Assembly: GCA_013138975.1 (NCBI GenBank)
Contig: WTBR01000043.1
Span: 28,941-92,940, forward strand
From: Bacteroidales bacterium
GTDB taxonomy: Bacteria > Bacteroidota > Bacteroidia > Bacteroidales > UBA12077
Reading direction: 5' to 3'
Length of the DNA stretch: 64,000 nt
The translations under genes and the position numbers were made by a program. Within the stretch, counting starts at the first letter, position 1; every line of letters begins with the position of its first letter. Under the pieces are notes generated by a model that searched no databases, had not been told where the DNA came from, and saw only the letters and a list, made by a program, of their open reading frames with translations. Shown piece after piece: positions 1 to 8,953 of the stretch.

Positions 1-1
1 A

Positions 2-1021
2 AATGTACTAGTTGTAAAATTTGTTGCTAGTGCCAATGATTATATAAATCAAATAGAATCATTTAAAAAAATTACATCCGAAATAAACGAAATAAAGGAT
101 GTGACAAATATTAATGGAATCCCTGGCGATGAACTGATTAATACAAGTTCACTATATTTAGAAGAAAATACGATCGATGAAAGTATACAGGTACATAAGG
201 TTTATATTGATGATAATTTTTGTAATGTGTTTAAATTAAGCTTTTTAGAAGGAGAAGATTTTTCTGAGGATTATAATTTAAATGCCCAAAGTGTTATAAT
301 AAATGAGACTTGTATGAAGCGTTTAGGATTTAAATCTCCCGCTGAAGCAGTTGGTCAGTTTGTTATGGAAAGAAGCCGAAAATTAAGTAATTATAAAATC
401 ATAGGCGTTGTTCAGGATTACAATCACAGATATGGTAAATTTGAAATTCAACCCATGATACTTTTAACATGGAAGAATAGTTCCGGATTTTTTGCATTAA
501 AATTGAATGAAGATATTAACACGATTAAAACGGTTGAGTATGTTAAAACTGTTTGGACTAAATTCTTTCCGGAATTACCCTTTTCTTACTTTTTCTTTGA
601 TGTATATTTTGAAAGGCAGTTTAAAGATGATGTTCAATTTCTCCGTATAATGAAAATATTAGTTGCAATTATTACTATTTTATCAGTTATAGGCTTATTT
701 AGTTTATCTACTTTTTATTCTATTAAAAGAAAAAAAGAAGTATGTATAAGATGGGTTTTGGGTGCAAGTGTTACCAATATAATAGGATTGTTTTTTAAAG
801 ATATGTTCAAACTTGTTGCAGTCGGTAGTATTATTGCTTATCCTCTAGCGTTTTGGGTATTTACAAAATGGTTAGATCGTTTTGCTTATCATATTCAAAT
901 TACACCATTTATTTTATTTCTTGCATTCTTTGTAATGCTAATCATAATATTAGTTACAGTACTTTACCATATTTTTTCCGTTGTAAGAATGAATCCTGTG
1001 GATTCTTTGAGAGAGGAATAG
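2..1021 (+). CDS. ABC-transporter permease, FtsX/MacB family, C-terminal part (5' end outside window)
   Basis: The reading frame is open from nt 2, with no stop upstream of the listed GTG at 101, so the gene is cut by the window edge. The C-terminal region has hydrophobic helices (ILVAIITILSVIGLFSL, LVAVGSIIAYPLAFWVF, ILFLAFFVMLIIILVTVLY). It ends ...RMNPVDSLREE, which is characteristic of FtsX-family permeases. The preceding soluble part resembles a MacB-type extracytoplasmic domain. Confidence 0.8.
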   Translation, partial: NVLVVKFVASANDYINQIESFKKITSEINEIKDVTNINGIPGDELINTSSLYLEENTIDESIQVHKVYIDDNFCNVFKLSFLEGEDFSEDYNLNAQSVIINETCMKRLGFKSPAEAVGQFVMERSRKLSNYKIIGVVQDYNHRYGKFEIQPMILLTWKNSSGFFALKLNEDINTIKTVEYVKTVWTKFFPELPFSYFFFDVYFERQFKDDVQFLRIMKILVAIITILSVIGLFSLSTFYSIKRKKEVCIRWVLGASVTNIIGLFFKDMFKLVAVGSIIAYPLAFWVFTKWLDRFAYHIQITPFILFLAFFVMLIIILVTVLYHIFSVVRMNPVDSLREE

Positions 1022-1048
1022 TAATTTCTTTCAAACTAAAACATTAGT

Positions 1049-4000
1049 ATGCAAATTCTCGATAAAAAAAATATTGAAGATATAATTGAACTTTCTCCAT
1101 TACAAGAAGGGATGTTTTTTCATTATTTAAACGATGAGAGCTTCGCTCAATATCATGAACAGCTTTGCATTGAGATGACAGGATGCCTTAAGTTAGACTT
1201 GGTTCAACAAGCCTGGCAGATGGTTGTGGATACAAATCAATTGTTGAGGGTACTATTTAGATGGGAAAAAATTAAAACTCCCATTCAAATTGTTTTGAAA
1301 AACCACACCGCAGATTTTGCATACTATAATTTAAAGAATAACAACAGTGAAATAAAGAGTATCAATGAACTTTTAGAACAAGATCTTAAATTAAAATTTG
1401 ACCTTTCAAAAGTGCCATTTCGAGTAAAATTGGTTGAAACTGATGAGAATAAAAGCTTTCTAATTGTTAGTAATCATCATATTTTATATGATGGCTGGAG
1501 CACAGGCATTATTCTAAATGATTTTTTCACTAACTATAATGGATTAATACAAGATCCTAATCTTAAGCCTTTAGTGAAGCCGGAGAATGTTTTTAGGAAA
1601 TATGTGGCGCATTTAAAGAAGTCAAAAAACATTAAAGCATTAGATTATTGGAAAAAGGAATTTGAAGGAATCAAATCAAATACTGATTTGCAATTCGAAA
1701 ATACTGATAATCAAACACCTCCTGATTATGAACTTGTAGATTCTTTGTTAAGTGAAGACTTAAACGAAAAACTAAATTCATTTACCGCTAATCATCGATT
1801 AACATTGTCTCAATATTTTTATTGTGCCTGGGCTATTTTGTTATATAAGTATAATTATAATGGCAAAAATATTGTTTTTGGGACAACAGTATCAGATCGT
1901 TCATTAAATATTTTAGGTATCCAGGAGTCAGTCGGATTATATATTAATACAGTACCTTGTATTGCGAAAATTAAACCTGAGAATACGATAATTCAAACCT
2001 TAATTGAATTAAAGTCGTTCCTCGATAAAAGAACAGATTTTGAATCTGTTCCCTTATCCGATATTATTACAAACTGTTGCAACATTAATAGGGAAATTTT
2101 CAACTCCATTCTTGTCGTAGAGAATTACCCGATTAGTTCAAAAAAATACTCCAATTCTGATTTAGAGATTAATTCAATTACCGATCATGGAGTTACGAAT
2201 TATGATATTACAGTAAGGATTAAAACGCATAAGGAACTTAAAGTGGAGATTAGTTATAATAAATCTAACTATTCTTCTTATTACGTAAATCAATTGTTAA
2301 ATCAATATGTAAACATTTTACAATTATTATATAAATCATCGGATATTTCAATTGGGAATTTTGATTTTTTGACTCATGAAGAAAAAGAACGATTACTTTA
2401 TTCATGGAATAATACAGAATCTGATGTAAACAAAGAAAAAAATATTGTAGAGCTGTTCGAAAATGTTGCTCGAAAGAATAATGAAAAAGTTTTATGTGTA
2501 AGTGAAGATAGAATCTTTACATATGGATATATCTCTAAAAGAGTAAATGCACTTGCTAGCCAATTATTATCAAAAGGAGCAGTAAAGGAAAATATTGTTG
2601 GAGTAATCGTTTCGCGAAACGAATTATTGATTATTTCAATACTCGGGATATTAAAAGCGGGATGTGCTTATTTGCCAATCGATCCTGAATATCCAACAGA
2701 TAGGGTTTCCTATATGTTAGAAGATAGTGAAGTTGAAATAATTATTACAGATGACAAAAATCAAAATATTTTCGAAAATTCCGACTCTAATTATAAAATT
2801 CTGGATATTTCAGAACCATGCATAACAAATGAATACCTTGAAATAAATAAGGATATTGATCCAGGATCTTTAGCATATCTTATATATACATCAGGTTCTA
2901 CAGGTAAGCCAAAAGGGATTTTAATAGAACAAGCCAGCGTAATAAATTTTTGTCATGCAATAAAAAATCGTATTCCAATTGAACCAGAGCATGGAATGCT
3001 AATGTTAACAACAATTTCATTTGACATCTTCGTTCTTGAAATGTTTGTTCCATTGTTAATAGCTTCGAAAATAATTATTGCAAACGAGAAAGAGCAGAAG
3101 GATACACATTTACTAAGTAAACTGATGGCAAGAAGCGCAGTCGATTTAGTTCAAATGACTCCGTCAAGGTTGCAAATGATCTTAGAAGATGACGAACAAA
3201 AAGATTGTTTAAAGCCTGTCAAAATATTAATGATAGGAGGAGAATCGTTCCCCGAAAATGTATTAAAGTCCTTAAAAGAGAGTTACAAGAATAAAATTTA
3301 TAATATGTATGGGCCCACTGAAACAACAGTATGGTCTACAATAGGTGAATTAACAAATAATGAGGAAATTAATATTGGACAACCAATATTAAATACCCAG
3401 ACATATATATTGGATTCTTCGGGAAATTTAATGCCAAATGGGGCTTCGGGCGAATTGTGCATAGGCGGTGAAGGAGTTTTAAGAGCATATTGGAGAAATG
3501 AAAAATCGAACAAAGAGAAAATTATAGAAAATCCTTTTATATCAGGTCAAAAGATATTTAAAACCGGTGATATTGCACGATGGAATAAAAATGGGGAATT
3601 AGAATGTTTTGGAAGGATCGATGATCAAGTAAAAATAAGAGGATTTAGAATTGAGTTAGGTGAAATTGAAAATCAAGCTAATCAAATTCAAGGAATCATT
3701 AATGTTGCAGCTTCCGTATTTGAAATTAACCCGGGAAATAAGGCATTGTGTTTGTACTATGTTTCTGATATTGAAATCGATAGCGAATATCTTATAGAAG
3801 AATTATCGGGGAAAATACCTTATTATATGGTTCCTCAGCGTTATGTCCGCTTGAATTCCCTGCCACTTACCCTAAATGGGAAAATAAACAGGAGATTGTT
3901 ACCTAAACCAACTGTAAATTCTCAGAAGTCTTTAAGCATGCCTGTTACAAGTGAAGAAAAGGAGATGGTGAAGATTTGGAGTGATGTTTTAAGCGTTGAT

Positions 4001-5572
4001 GTTTGTAAAATTGGGCTTGAGAGTAACTTCTTTGAGCTGGGTGGGCATTCAATAAAAGCTACACTTTTAGTTTTAAGGATAAAAAAAGAACTTGGAATGG
4101 ATGTGTCCATTTCAGATATCTTTAATAAGCAATCCATTAATAAGATTTTAACTGTTGGAAAGAAGAAAATAGAAGATAAGTCTTTCATTCAAAAATCTGT
4201 CGAAAAAAGAGAATACTACTCCGCTTCCTCAACCCAGAAAAGGTTATTTGCACTACAAGCAATGCAAGATGATACTTCTTTCAATATGTCGATCGCTTTT
4301 AAATTAAAAGGTGAAGCAAATGAGAAGAAAATAGAAGAAATTTTCAATATACTTATACAAAGACATGAAAGTTTAAGAGTCTCTTTTCAAGTGATAGATA
4401 ACAATATTGTTCAGATTGTTGATGATAATGCAGATATAAAACTCAAATCACGATTAATAAAGAATAGCGAAATCGATGGAGTTATTGAAGATTTTATTAC
4501 AAAATTTGATATTAGTGTTGCTCCACTTTTACGGGTAGGCTTATTTAAAATTATAGATTCTGATGATGCCGGGTTTAACTATTTATTGGTAATTGACGTG
4601 CATCATATAATTGCTGATGAAGCATCATATAAGATATTAATTCAAGAGTTTATTGATTTATACTCTGGTAAGAAATTAGCAGTAACAGAACTACAGTATA
4701 AGGAATTTGCATATTGGCAAAATGATACAGTAAATAATGATGCATTAAGAAAACAGGAAAAGTATTGGTTAAGTAAATTTTCAGATGGAATTAATGAATT
4801 AAACCTTCCGAAAAGAGAAGATTCTATTCAGATTGAAGACCAAGCCGCAATTAAAAGATTCGAACTTGACCTTGATAAATCTATAATACTAAGCGAATTT
4901 GTTAAAAGTTCGAATACAACAATGTATGTATTTCTTTTATCCATTTTTAAAGTATTACTAAGTAAATATTGTAACCAAAAAGATATTATTGTTACATCTC
5001 CGGTTTCTACACGACCCGGCATTAAATTTCAAAATACCATTGGTTTATTTGTAAATATGTTGCCAATGAAAAGCCATATTGAACCAGATATGGAATATTC
5101 TAATTACCTTTTAGATTTGAAAAATGAGGTGATGAGTAATTTGGAGAATGATATGTTTCAATTTGAAAACATCGTTTGGAGTCTTAAGATAAAGGAAAAA
5201 TTTAAACGAAATATATTACTTGATGCCGTTTTCGTGTATAACGAAATAAAGGATAATGAAAATAAATTCATTTTAAAAGATCAAAACGGTACAAATAAAT
5301 TAGTTCAAAAAGACATTGATAAAAAGGATTTACAAAACAATTTACAAATAGATGCTATAAAAAAGAAGGGGAATGTTTCCTTCGAACTTTCATATAGGAC
5401 AAAAGATTACACAGAAGAGGCTATCGAATTATTTGCAGAAAATTATCTCCTTATCTTGAACCAGGTTTTAGAAGATAAATCAATTTTAATTAAAGATATT
5501 ATTATTGATTCTAATAAGATAACGGTAGATGCTCCTGTAATTTCCAATCCGGATTCTGATTTTAGATTTTAA
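1049..5572 (+). CDS. NRPS subunit, C-A-T-C (A domain Gly-like code)
   Basis: N-terminal C domain: LSPLQEGMFFH, HHILYDG at 1475-1495. A domain: YTSGSTGKPKG at 2885-2917, NMYGPTETT, GELCIGGEGVLRAYW, FKTGDIARW, GRIDDQVKIRGFRIELGEIE, LNGKINRR. T domain: FFELGGHS, Ser codon 4049-4051. Second C domain: SSTQKRLFALQ, HHIIADE at 4601-4621. The protein ends ...DSDFRF. Confidence 0.9.
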   Translation: MQILDKKNIEDIIELSPLQEGMFFHYLNDESFAQYHEQLCIEMTGCLKLDLVQQAWQMVVDTNQLLRVLFRWEKIKTPIQIVLKNHTADFAYYNLKNNNSEIKSINELLEQDLKLKFDLSKVPFRVKLVETDENKSFLIVSNHHILYDGWSTGIILNDFFTNYNGLIQDPNLKPLVKPENVFRKYVAHLKKSKNIKALDYWKKEFEGIKSNTDLQFENTDNQTPPDYELVDSLLSEDLNEKLNSFTANHRLTLSQYFYCAWAILLYKYNYNGKNIVFGTTVSDRSLNILGIQESVGLYINTVPCIAKIKPENTIIQTLIELKSFLDKRTDFESVPLSDIITNCCNINREIFNSILVVENYPISSKKYSNSDLEINSITDHGVTNYDITVRIKTHKELKVEISYNKSNYSSYYVNQLLNQYVNILQLLYKSSDISIGNFDFLTHEEKERLLYSWNNTESDVNKEKNIVELFENVARKNNEKVLCVSEDRIFTYGYISKRVNALASQLLSKGAVKENIVGVIVSRNELLIISILGILKAGCAYLPIDPEYPTDRVSYMLEDSEVEIIITDDKNQNIFENSDSNYKILDISEPCITNEYLEINKDIDPGSLAYLIYTSGSTGKPKGILIEQASVINFCHAIKNRIPIEPEHGMLMLTTISFDIFVLEMFVPLLIASKIIIANEKEQKDTHLLSKLMARSAVDLVQMTPSRLQMILEDDEQKDCLKPVKILMIGGESFPENVLKSLKESYKNKIYNMYGPTETTVWSTIGELTNNEEINIGQPILNTQTYILDSSGNLMPNGASGELCIGGEGVLRAYWRNEKSNKEKIIENPFISGQKIFKTGDIARWNKNGELECFGRIDDQVKIRGFRIELGEIENQANQIQGIINVAASVFEINPGNKALCLYYVSDIEIDSEYLIEELSGKIPYYMVPQRYVRLNSLPLTLNGKINRRLLPKPTVNSQKSLSMPVTSEEKEMVKIWSDVLSVDVCKIGLESNFFELGGHSIKATLLVLRIKKELGMDVSISDIFNKQSINKILTVGKKKIEDKSFIQKSVEKREYYSASSTQKRLFALQAMQDDTSFNMSIAFKLKGEANEKKIEEIFNILIQRHESLRVSFQVIDNNIVQIVDDNADIKLKSRLIKNSEIDGVIEDFITKFDISVAPLLRVGLFKIIDSDDAGFNYLLVIDVHHIIADEASYKILIQEFIDLYSGKKLAVTELQYKEFAYWQNDTVNNDALRKQEKYWLSKFSDGINELNLPKREDSIQIEDQAAIKRFELDLDKSIILSEFVKSSNTTMYVFLLSIFKVLLSKYCNQKDIIVTSPVSTRPGIKFQNTIGLFVNMLPMKSHIEPDMEYSNYLLDLKNEVMSNLENDMFQFENIVWSLKIKEKFKRNILLDAVFVYNEIKDNENKFILKDQNGTNKLVQKDIDKKDLQNNLQIDAIKKKGNVSFELSYRTKDYTEEAIELFAENYLLILNQVLEDKSILIKDIIIDSNKITVDAPVISNPDSDFRF

Positions 5573-5607
5573 TTTCAGGTTTGAGCGGAAACAAAAGAGC
5601 TTATATT

Positions 5608-5760
5608 ATGTCAACGATGCTTTTTTAGTTGAAAACCTGACAGAGTCAGAATGACCTAACAGATCTAAATGAGATATTCATATTCGCCTAGCCGCTTGAA
5701 GCGGCTTGGCGAATTCAAAACTCTGTCAGGCAGACCCGAAACATAAAGCTTGACTTGACA
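5608..5760 (-). repeat. intergenic repeat family A (MITE/REP-like), full copy, inverted orientation
   Basis: The reverse complement begins TGTCAAGTCAAGCTT..TTTCGGGTC.GCCTGACAGAGTTTT and ends GGTCATTCTGACTCTGTCAGGTTTTCAACTAAAAAAGCATCGTTGACAT. Both ends match the copy at 24359-24487. The internal segment differs and contains the hairpin TTCGCCTAGCCGC/GCGGCTTGGCGAA (~5684-5716). Confidence 0.8.
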
Positions 5761-5853
5761 ATAGTTTTTGTTCTTACTTTCGAGCAAATAAAATATAAAG
5801 GTTTTTTTTAAATATAAAACAATAGTATATCAACCTTGTAAAATATCTTAGCG

Positions 5854-7560
5854 ATGAATAAAAACATGGTATCCGAAAATACAAGAATTTTAATGATGCA
5901 ATTACCCTTTTGGGCACCTTTAATTCCGCCACAGGGTATCGCACGACTTAAAACCTATTTGAATATGAATGGGTATAATAATGTTGTGACAATAGATGCA
6001 AATGTTGAAACTCAGTTTAAAAATATATACGAAGATTATTTTAATCACGCAAAAGAATATATTCCGGATGAGTTACACGGGAATTTTTACGATAATGGAC
6101 ATGATGTTTTCCGACTTCATTTAATGGCTCACTTGAATTGTAAAGTTGAGAAGGATTATATTCATCTGGCAGGATTGTTATTTGATTCAATTTACTTATA
6201 TATTCCATCAAACCAGGAAATCATTAATCTTAATAAGATTATAGATTCTTTTTATACTAAATTGGAAACATATTTCTTGTCTTTGATGAAGGAATATGAT
6301 CCGGAAATAATAGGATTTTCACTTCACAGCGGTAATTTCCCTGCAACCATATTTTTAAGTGAACTGGTAAGAAAAATAAGGCCTGATACTAAAATTATTC
6401 TTGGAGGTAGCATGTTTGCAGGTGAACTCAGACAAGAAACTCCGGATTTTGAAATGTTCATTAAAAGAACCGGAAATCTATTTGATAAAATTTTTATAGG
6501 ATTAAGCGAACGTGCCTTATATAAATATTTGCGTGGAGAATTGCCTGAAGATAAAAAAGTAATTTGTCAAGAGGATTTGAACGAGAAAATAATGACCATA
6601 AATTCTTTTGTAAAACCGGATTTATCTGATTTTGATTTATCAAAATACTCAACAATTGCGAGTTATACCTCTTTAAGTTGTACAAATGAATGTAGCTTTT
6701 GTAACGAAAAATCATTTTGGGGTGAATATCAAAAGAGAGATTTATCATTGGCAGTGAATGAGATAGTGAAGTCTTATGAAGAATATAAACCCGGTTATTT
6801 TTTCATGTTAGATGTAATGTTAAATCATACAATAGATGATTTTTCGAAAGCCATAATTGAAACAAAATTGCCAATATACTATGATGGTTATTTAAGAGTA
6901 TCTGAAGATTCGTGCGACTATGAAAAATGCATGACATGGAGACAGGGAGGATTATATAGGGTAAGAATGGGCTTGGAGAGTGGATCGCAAAAATTGCTTG
7001 ATGATATGAAAAAAGGGATTACTGTAGAGCAATCAAAACAAACTTTACATAACCTTGCGAAAGTAGGTATCAAAACAACAGGTTATTTTGTAATTGGTCA
7101 TCCGGGAGAAACAGAAGAAGATTTTATTAAAACCCTTAATTTTATTGAAGAATCAAAAGATAATTTCTGGCAAATAGAACCACATGTGTTTAATTATATG
7201 CATACGGGACAAAATTCGGGTGACATCTGGTCTGAAAATAGAAGCCTTATTTATCCTGAAAAATATAATGAGCATCTTATTTGTACAAGATGGAAAATTG
7301 ATCTTGAGCCAAATAGAAACACGGTTTTTGAAAGGCTTTTAAGATTCGTTAAACATTGTGATAAGCTCGGTATCAAAAATCCGTATTATTCATATGAAAA
7401 ATATAATGCAGATCTCCGTTGGAAAAGATTGCATAAAAATGCAGTTCCTTCTACCTTGGAGCTTGATAGTCATAATTTTACTGATACAGTTCGTGGTATT
7501 GAGGATCGAATAGAAGCTGCAATTATCAAGGATGACTCAAATGGTGATTTTGCATTTTAA
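5854..7560 (+). CDS. B12-binding (class B) radical SAM enzyme
   Basis: The N-terminal Rossmann-like cobalamin-binding-type segment reads ILMMQLPFWAPLIPPQGIARLKTYL...EIIGFSLHS...KIILGGSMF. The CxxxCxxC radical SAM motif CTNECSFC lies at 6679-6702. It is a paralog of the 49333 gene and ends ...NGDFAF. Confidence 0.85.
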   Translation: MNKNMVSENTRILMMQLPFWAPLIPPQGIARLKTYLNMNGYNNVVTIDANVETQFKNIYEDYFNHAKEYIPDELHGNFYDNGHDVFRLHLMAHLNCKVEKDYIHLAGLLFDSIYLYIPSNQEIINLNKIIDSFYTKLETYFLSLMKEYDPEIIGFSLHSGNFPATIFLSELVRKIRPDTKIILGGSMFAGELRQETPDFEMFIKRTGNLFDKIFIGLSERALYKYLRGELPEDKKVICQEDLNEKIMTINSFVKPDLSDFDLSKYSTIASYTSLSCTNECSFCNEKSFWGEYQKRDLSLAVNEIVKSYEEYKPGYFFMLDVMLNHTIDDFSKAIIETKLPIYYDGYLRVSEDSCDYEKCMTWRQGGLYRVRMGLESGSQKLLDDMKKGITVEQSKQTLHNLAKVGIKTTGYFVIGHPGETEEDFIKTLNFIEESKDNFWQIEPHVFNYMHTGQNSGDIWSENRSLIYPEKYNEHLICTRWKIDLEPNRNTVFERLLRFVKHCDKLGIKNPYYSYEKYNADLRWKRLHKNAVPSTLELDSHNFTDTVRGIEDRIEAAIIKDDSNGDFAF

Positions 7561-7602
7561 TATTGATGTATTCAATTTAATCCGACCAAATAATTATTAA
7601 TT

Positions 7603-8766
7603 ATGAAATATTTCTCTTTACCTGCTGATTTTAAAACTGAAACTATTGATAAATATGTTGAGCTAAACAACAAGTTTTCAGGATCGAAAGTTTCCGAAAC
7701 TTATGGGCAAATCACGGTAGGCGCATATACGGGGTCGGGTCGAAGTATTAAATTATTACCAAAAACCGATTTTGCTGATTTAGAGAAATATGTTAAATAT
7801 TCTCAGGATAGGGGGATTAAATTCAACTATACATTCAATACTGCTTGTATGGCTAATTCTGAATTTACTGAAAAAGGAATGGCAGAATTGAAGGATTTCT
7901 TTTATAAACTTGATAATATTAATATTAAATCACTAACAATAGCATTACCATCATTAATTGAATTAGTAAAGGAGATATTACCGGAAACTGAAATTAAAGT
8001 TTCAGCTATTTCTAATGTTATTTCACCTGATAATGCCCTGTTTTATAAGAAAATGGGAGCGAAAAGGTTAGTGCCAAATACTGATATTAACCGTAATTTT
8101 ACATTACTCGGAGCCATATCAAAATGTTTTGGAGATGGAGTAGAAATAATTGTAAACAGCGTTTGTTATAAGAATTGTCCTTATAAGATCTTCCATTATA
8201 ATCATGAATCACATTCTAATAATAATCAAGACGTTGACAATTATTATTTCCATAGGTGTACAATGCAAAAAACAATGGAACTTAAGAATATGGTTCGTTT
8301 AAATTGGATTAGACCTGAAGATTTAAATTTATATGAAGATATTGGAATTCATCATTTTAAGCTCCAAGGCAGGAATAATGTGTATAATGGCGATCCTGCA
8401 AAATCTATCGAAGCATACTTTAAAGAAGAATACGAAGGCAACTTATATGACTTATTAACACTTTTTTCCCCAATCAATTCATATCATCCTTTTATCGACA
8501 ATAAGAAATTGGATGGTTACATAGAACGATTTAAAAAAGATCCTGAATTCTGTAAAAACATTTGTAGTGAATGTAATTATTGCGATCGTTTTGCTCAAAA
8601 ATCGATGGATAAAAATCATATGGACGAGTTGAATAGTTCTACTTATCAATTATATAATGGGATTGACGGGTATAATAAACTTGTTAAACAAGAAAAAGAA
8701 AAAAACGAGAAAAAAACGATTGAAGCTACATTTTCACCTGATGATAAAGAAGATTTTAATTTTTAA
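7603..8766 (+). CDS. U32-family (peptidase U32 / UbiU-UbiV-like) protein
   Basis: The layout resembles U32 proteins by eye: a TIM-barrel-like N-half (IKVSAISNVISPDNALFYKKMGAKRLV), a Cys-containing strand VEIIVNSVCYKNCPY, and HHFKLQGRNN (compare the conserved KIEGR of U32). There is an extra C-terminal Cys cluster, CKNICSECNYC. It ends ...KEDFNF. The family assignment has not been checked by HMM. Confidence 0.55.
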   Translation: MKYFSLPADFKTETIDKYVELNNKFSGSKVSETYGQITVGAYTGSGRSIKLLPKTDFADLEKYVKYSQDRGIKFNYTFNTACMANSEFTEKGMAELKDFFYKLDNINIKSLTIALPSLIELVKEILPETEIKVSAISNVISPDNALFYKKMGAKRLVPNTDINRNFTLLGAISKCFGDGVEIIVNSVCYKNCPYKIFHYNHESHSNNNQDVDNYYFHRCTMQKTMELKNMVRLNWIRPEDLNLYEDIGIHHFKLQGRNNVYNGDPAKSIEAYFKEEYEGNLYDLLTLFSPINSYHPFIDNKKLDGYIERFKKDPEFCKNICSECNYCDRFAQKSMDKNHMDELNSSTYQLYNGIDGYNKLVKQEKEKNEKKTIEATFSPDDKEDFNF

Positions 8767-8807
8767 CTTATTCTACTATGACAGATTTAACTTTTATACA
8801 AAATCAA

Positions 8808-8857
8808 CCTGTTTTTACCCTTGCTCCATAAAGGGAACAGGATGATTTTTCAGTTTT
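8808..8857 (+). terminator. candidate intrinsic terminator after the U32-like gene
   Basis: The imperfect hairpin CCTGTT(TTTA)CCCTT-GCTCCAT-AAGGGAACAGG at 8808-8841 is followed by ATGATTTTTCAGTTTT. It lies 42 nt after the stop at 8766. Confidence 0.3.
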
Positions 8858-8953
8858 CTCCCTTTAGGGTTTGGGGCAAAAAAGATGAAAAATCTTAATT
8901 CTGTCTAATCTGTTAAAGTAGAACTAATTAAATAGCAACAAGTATAATTAATC

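Noticed and set aside
101-1021. GTG at 101 as the true start of the first gene.
   Set aside because: The same frame is open back to nt 2, and the 306-aa product would lack the N-terminal TM helix and most of the extracytoplasmic domain expected for FtsX/MacB permeases. The gene is truncated by the window edge.
853-1047. Short + strand ORFs overlapping real genes out of frame (853-1047, 8657-8845, 50630-50821).
   Set aside because: They overlap the 3' parts of the permease, the U32-like gene and the rSAM gene in other frames. They have no recognisable motifs, and the main frames are clearly the coding ones.
4200-5520. Subunit-terminal C domains as epimerization (E) domains or as Cy domains (the same question applies to all terminal C domains and to the LSPLQEGM-type domains).
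   Set aside because: They open with the LCL-type C1 motif (S.AQKRLY) rather than an E1-type motif. I could not see the E-specific motifs. The LSPxQxGM-type domains carry HHxxxDG rather than the DxxxxD of heterocyclization domains. A phylogenetic check is still advisable.
5780-5853. Bacteroidota-type promoter boxes (TTTG at -33, TAnnTTTG at -7) upstream of operon starts such as 5854, 11045 and 29415.
   Set aside because: In DNA this AT-rich, partial matches are everywhere. I could not find a convincing full match at an appropriate distance, so no promoter is reported.
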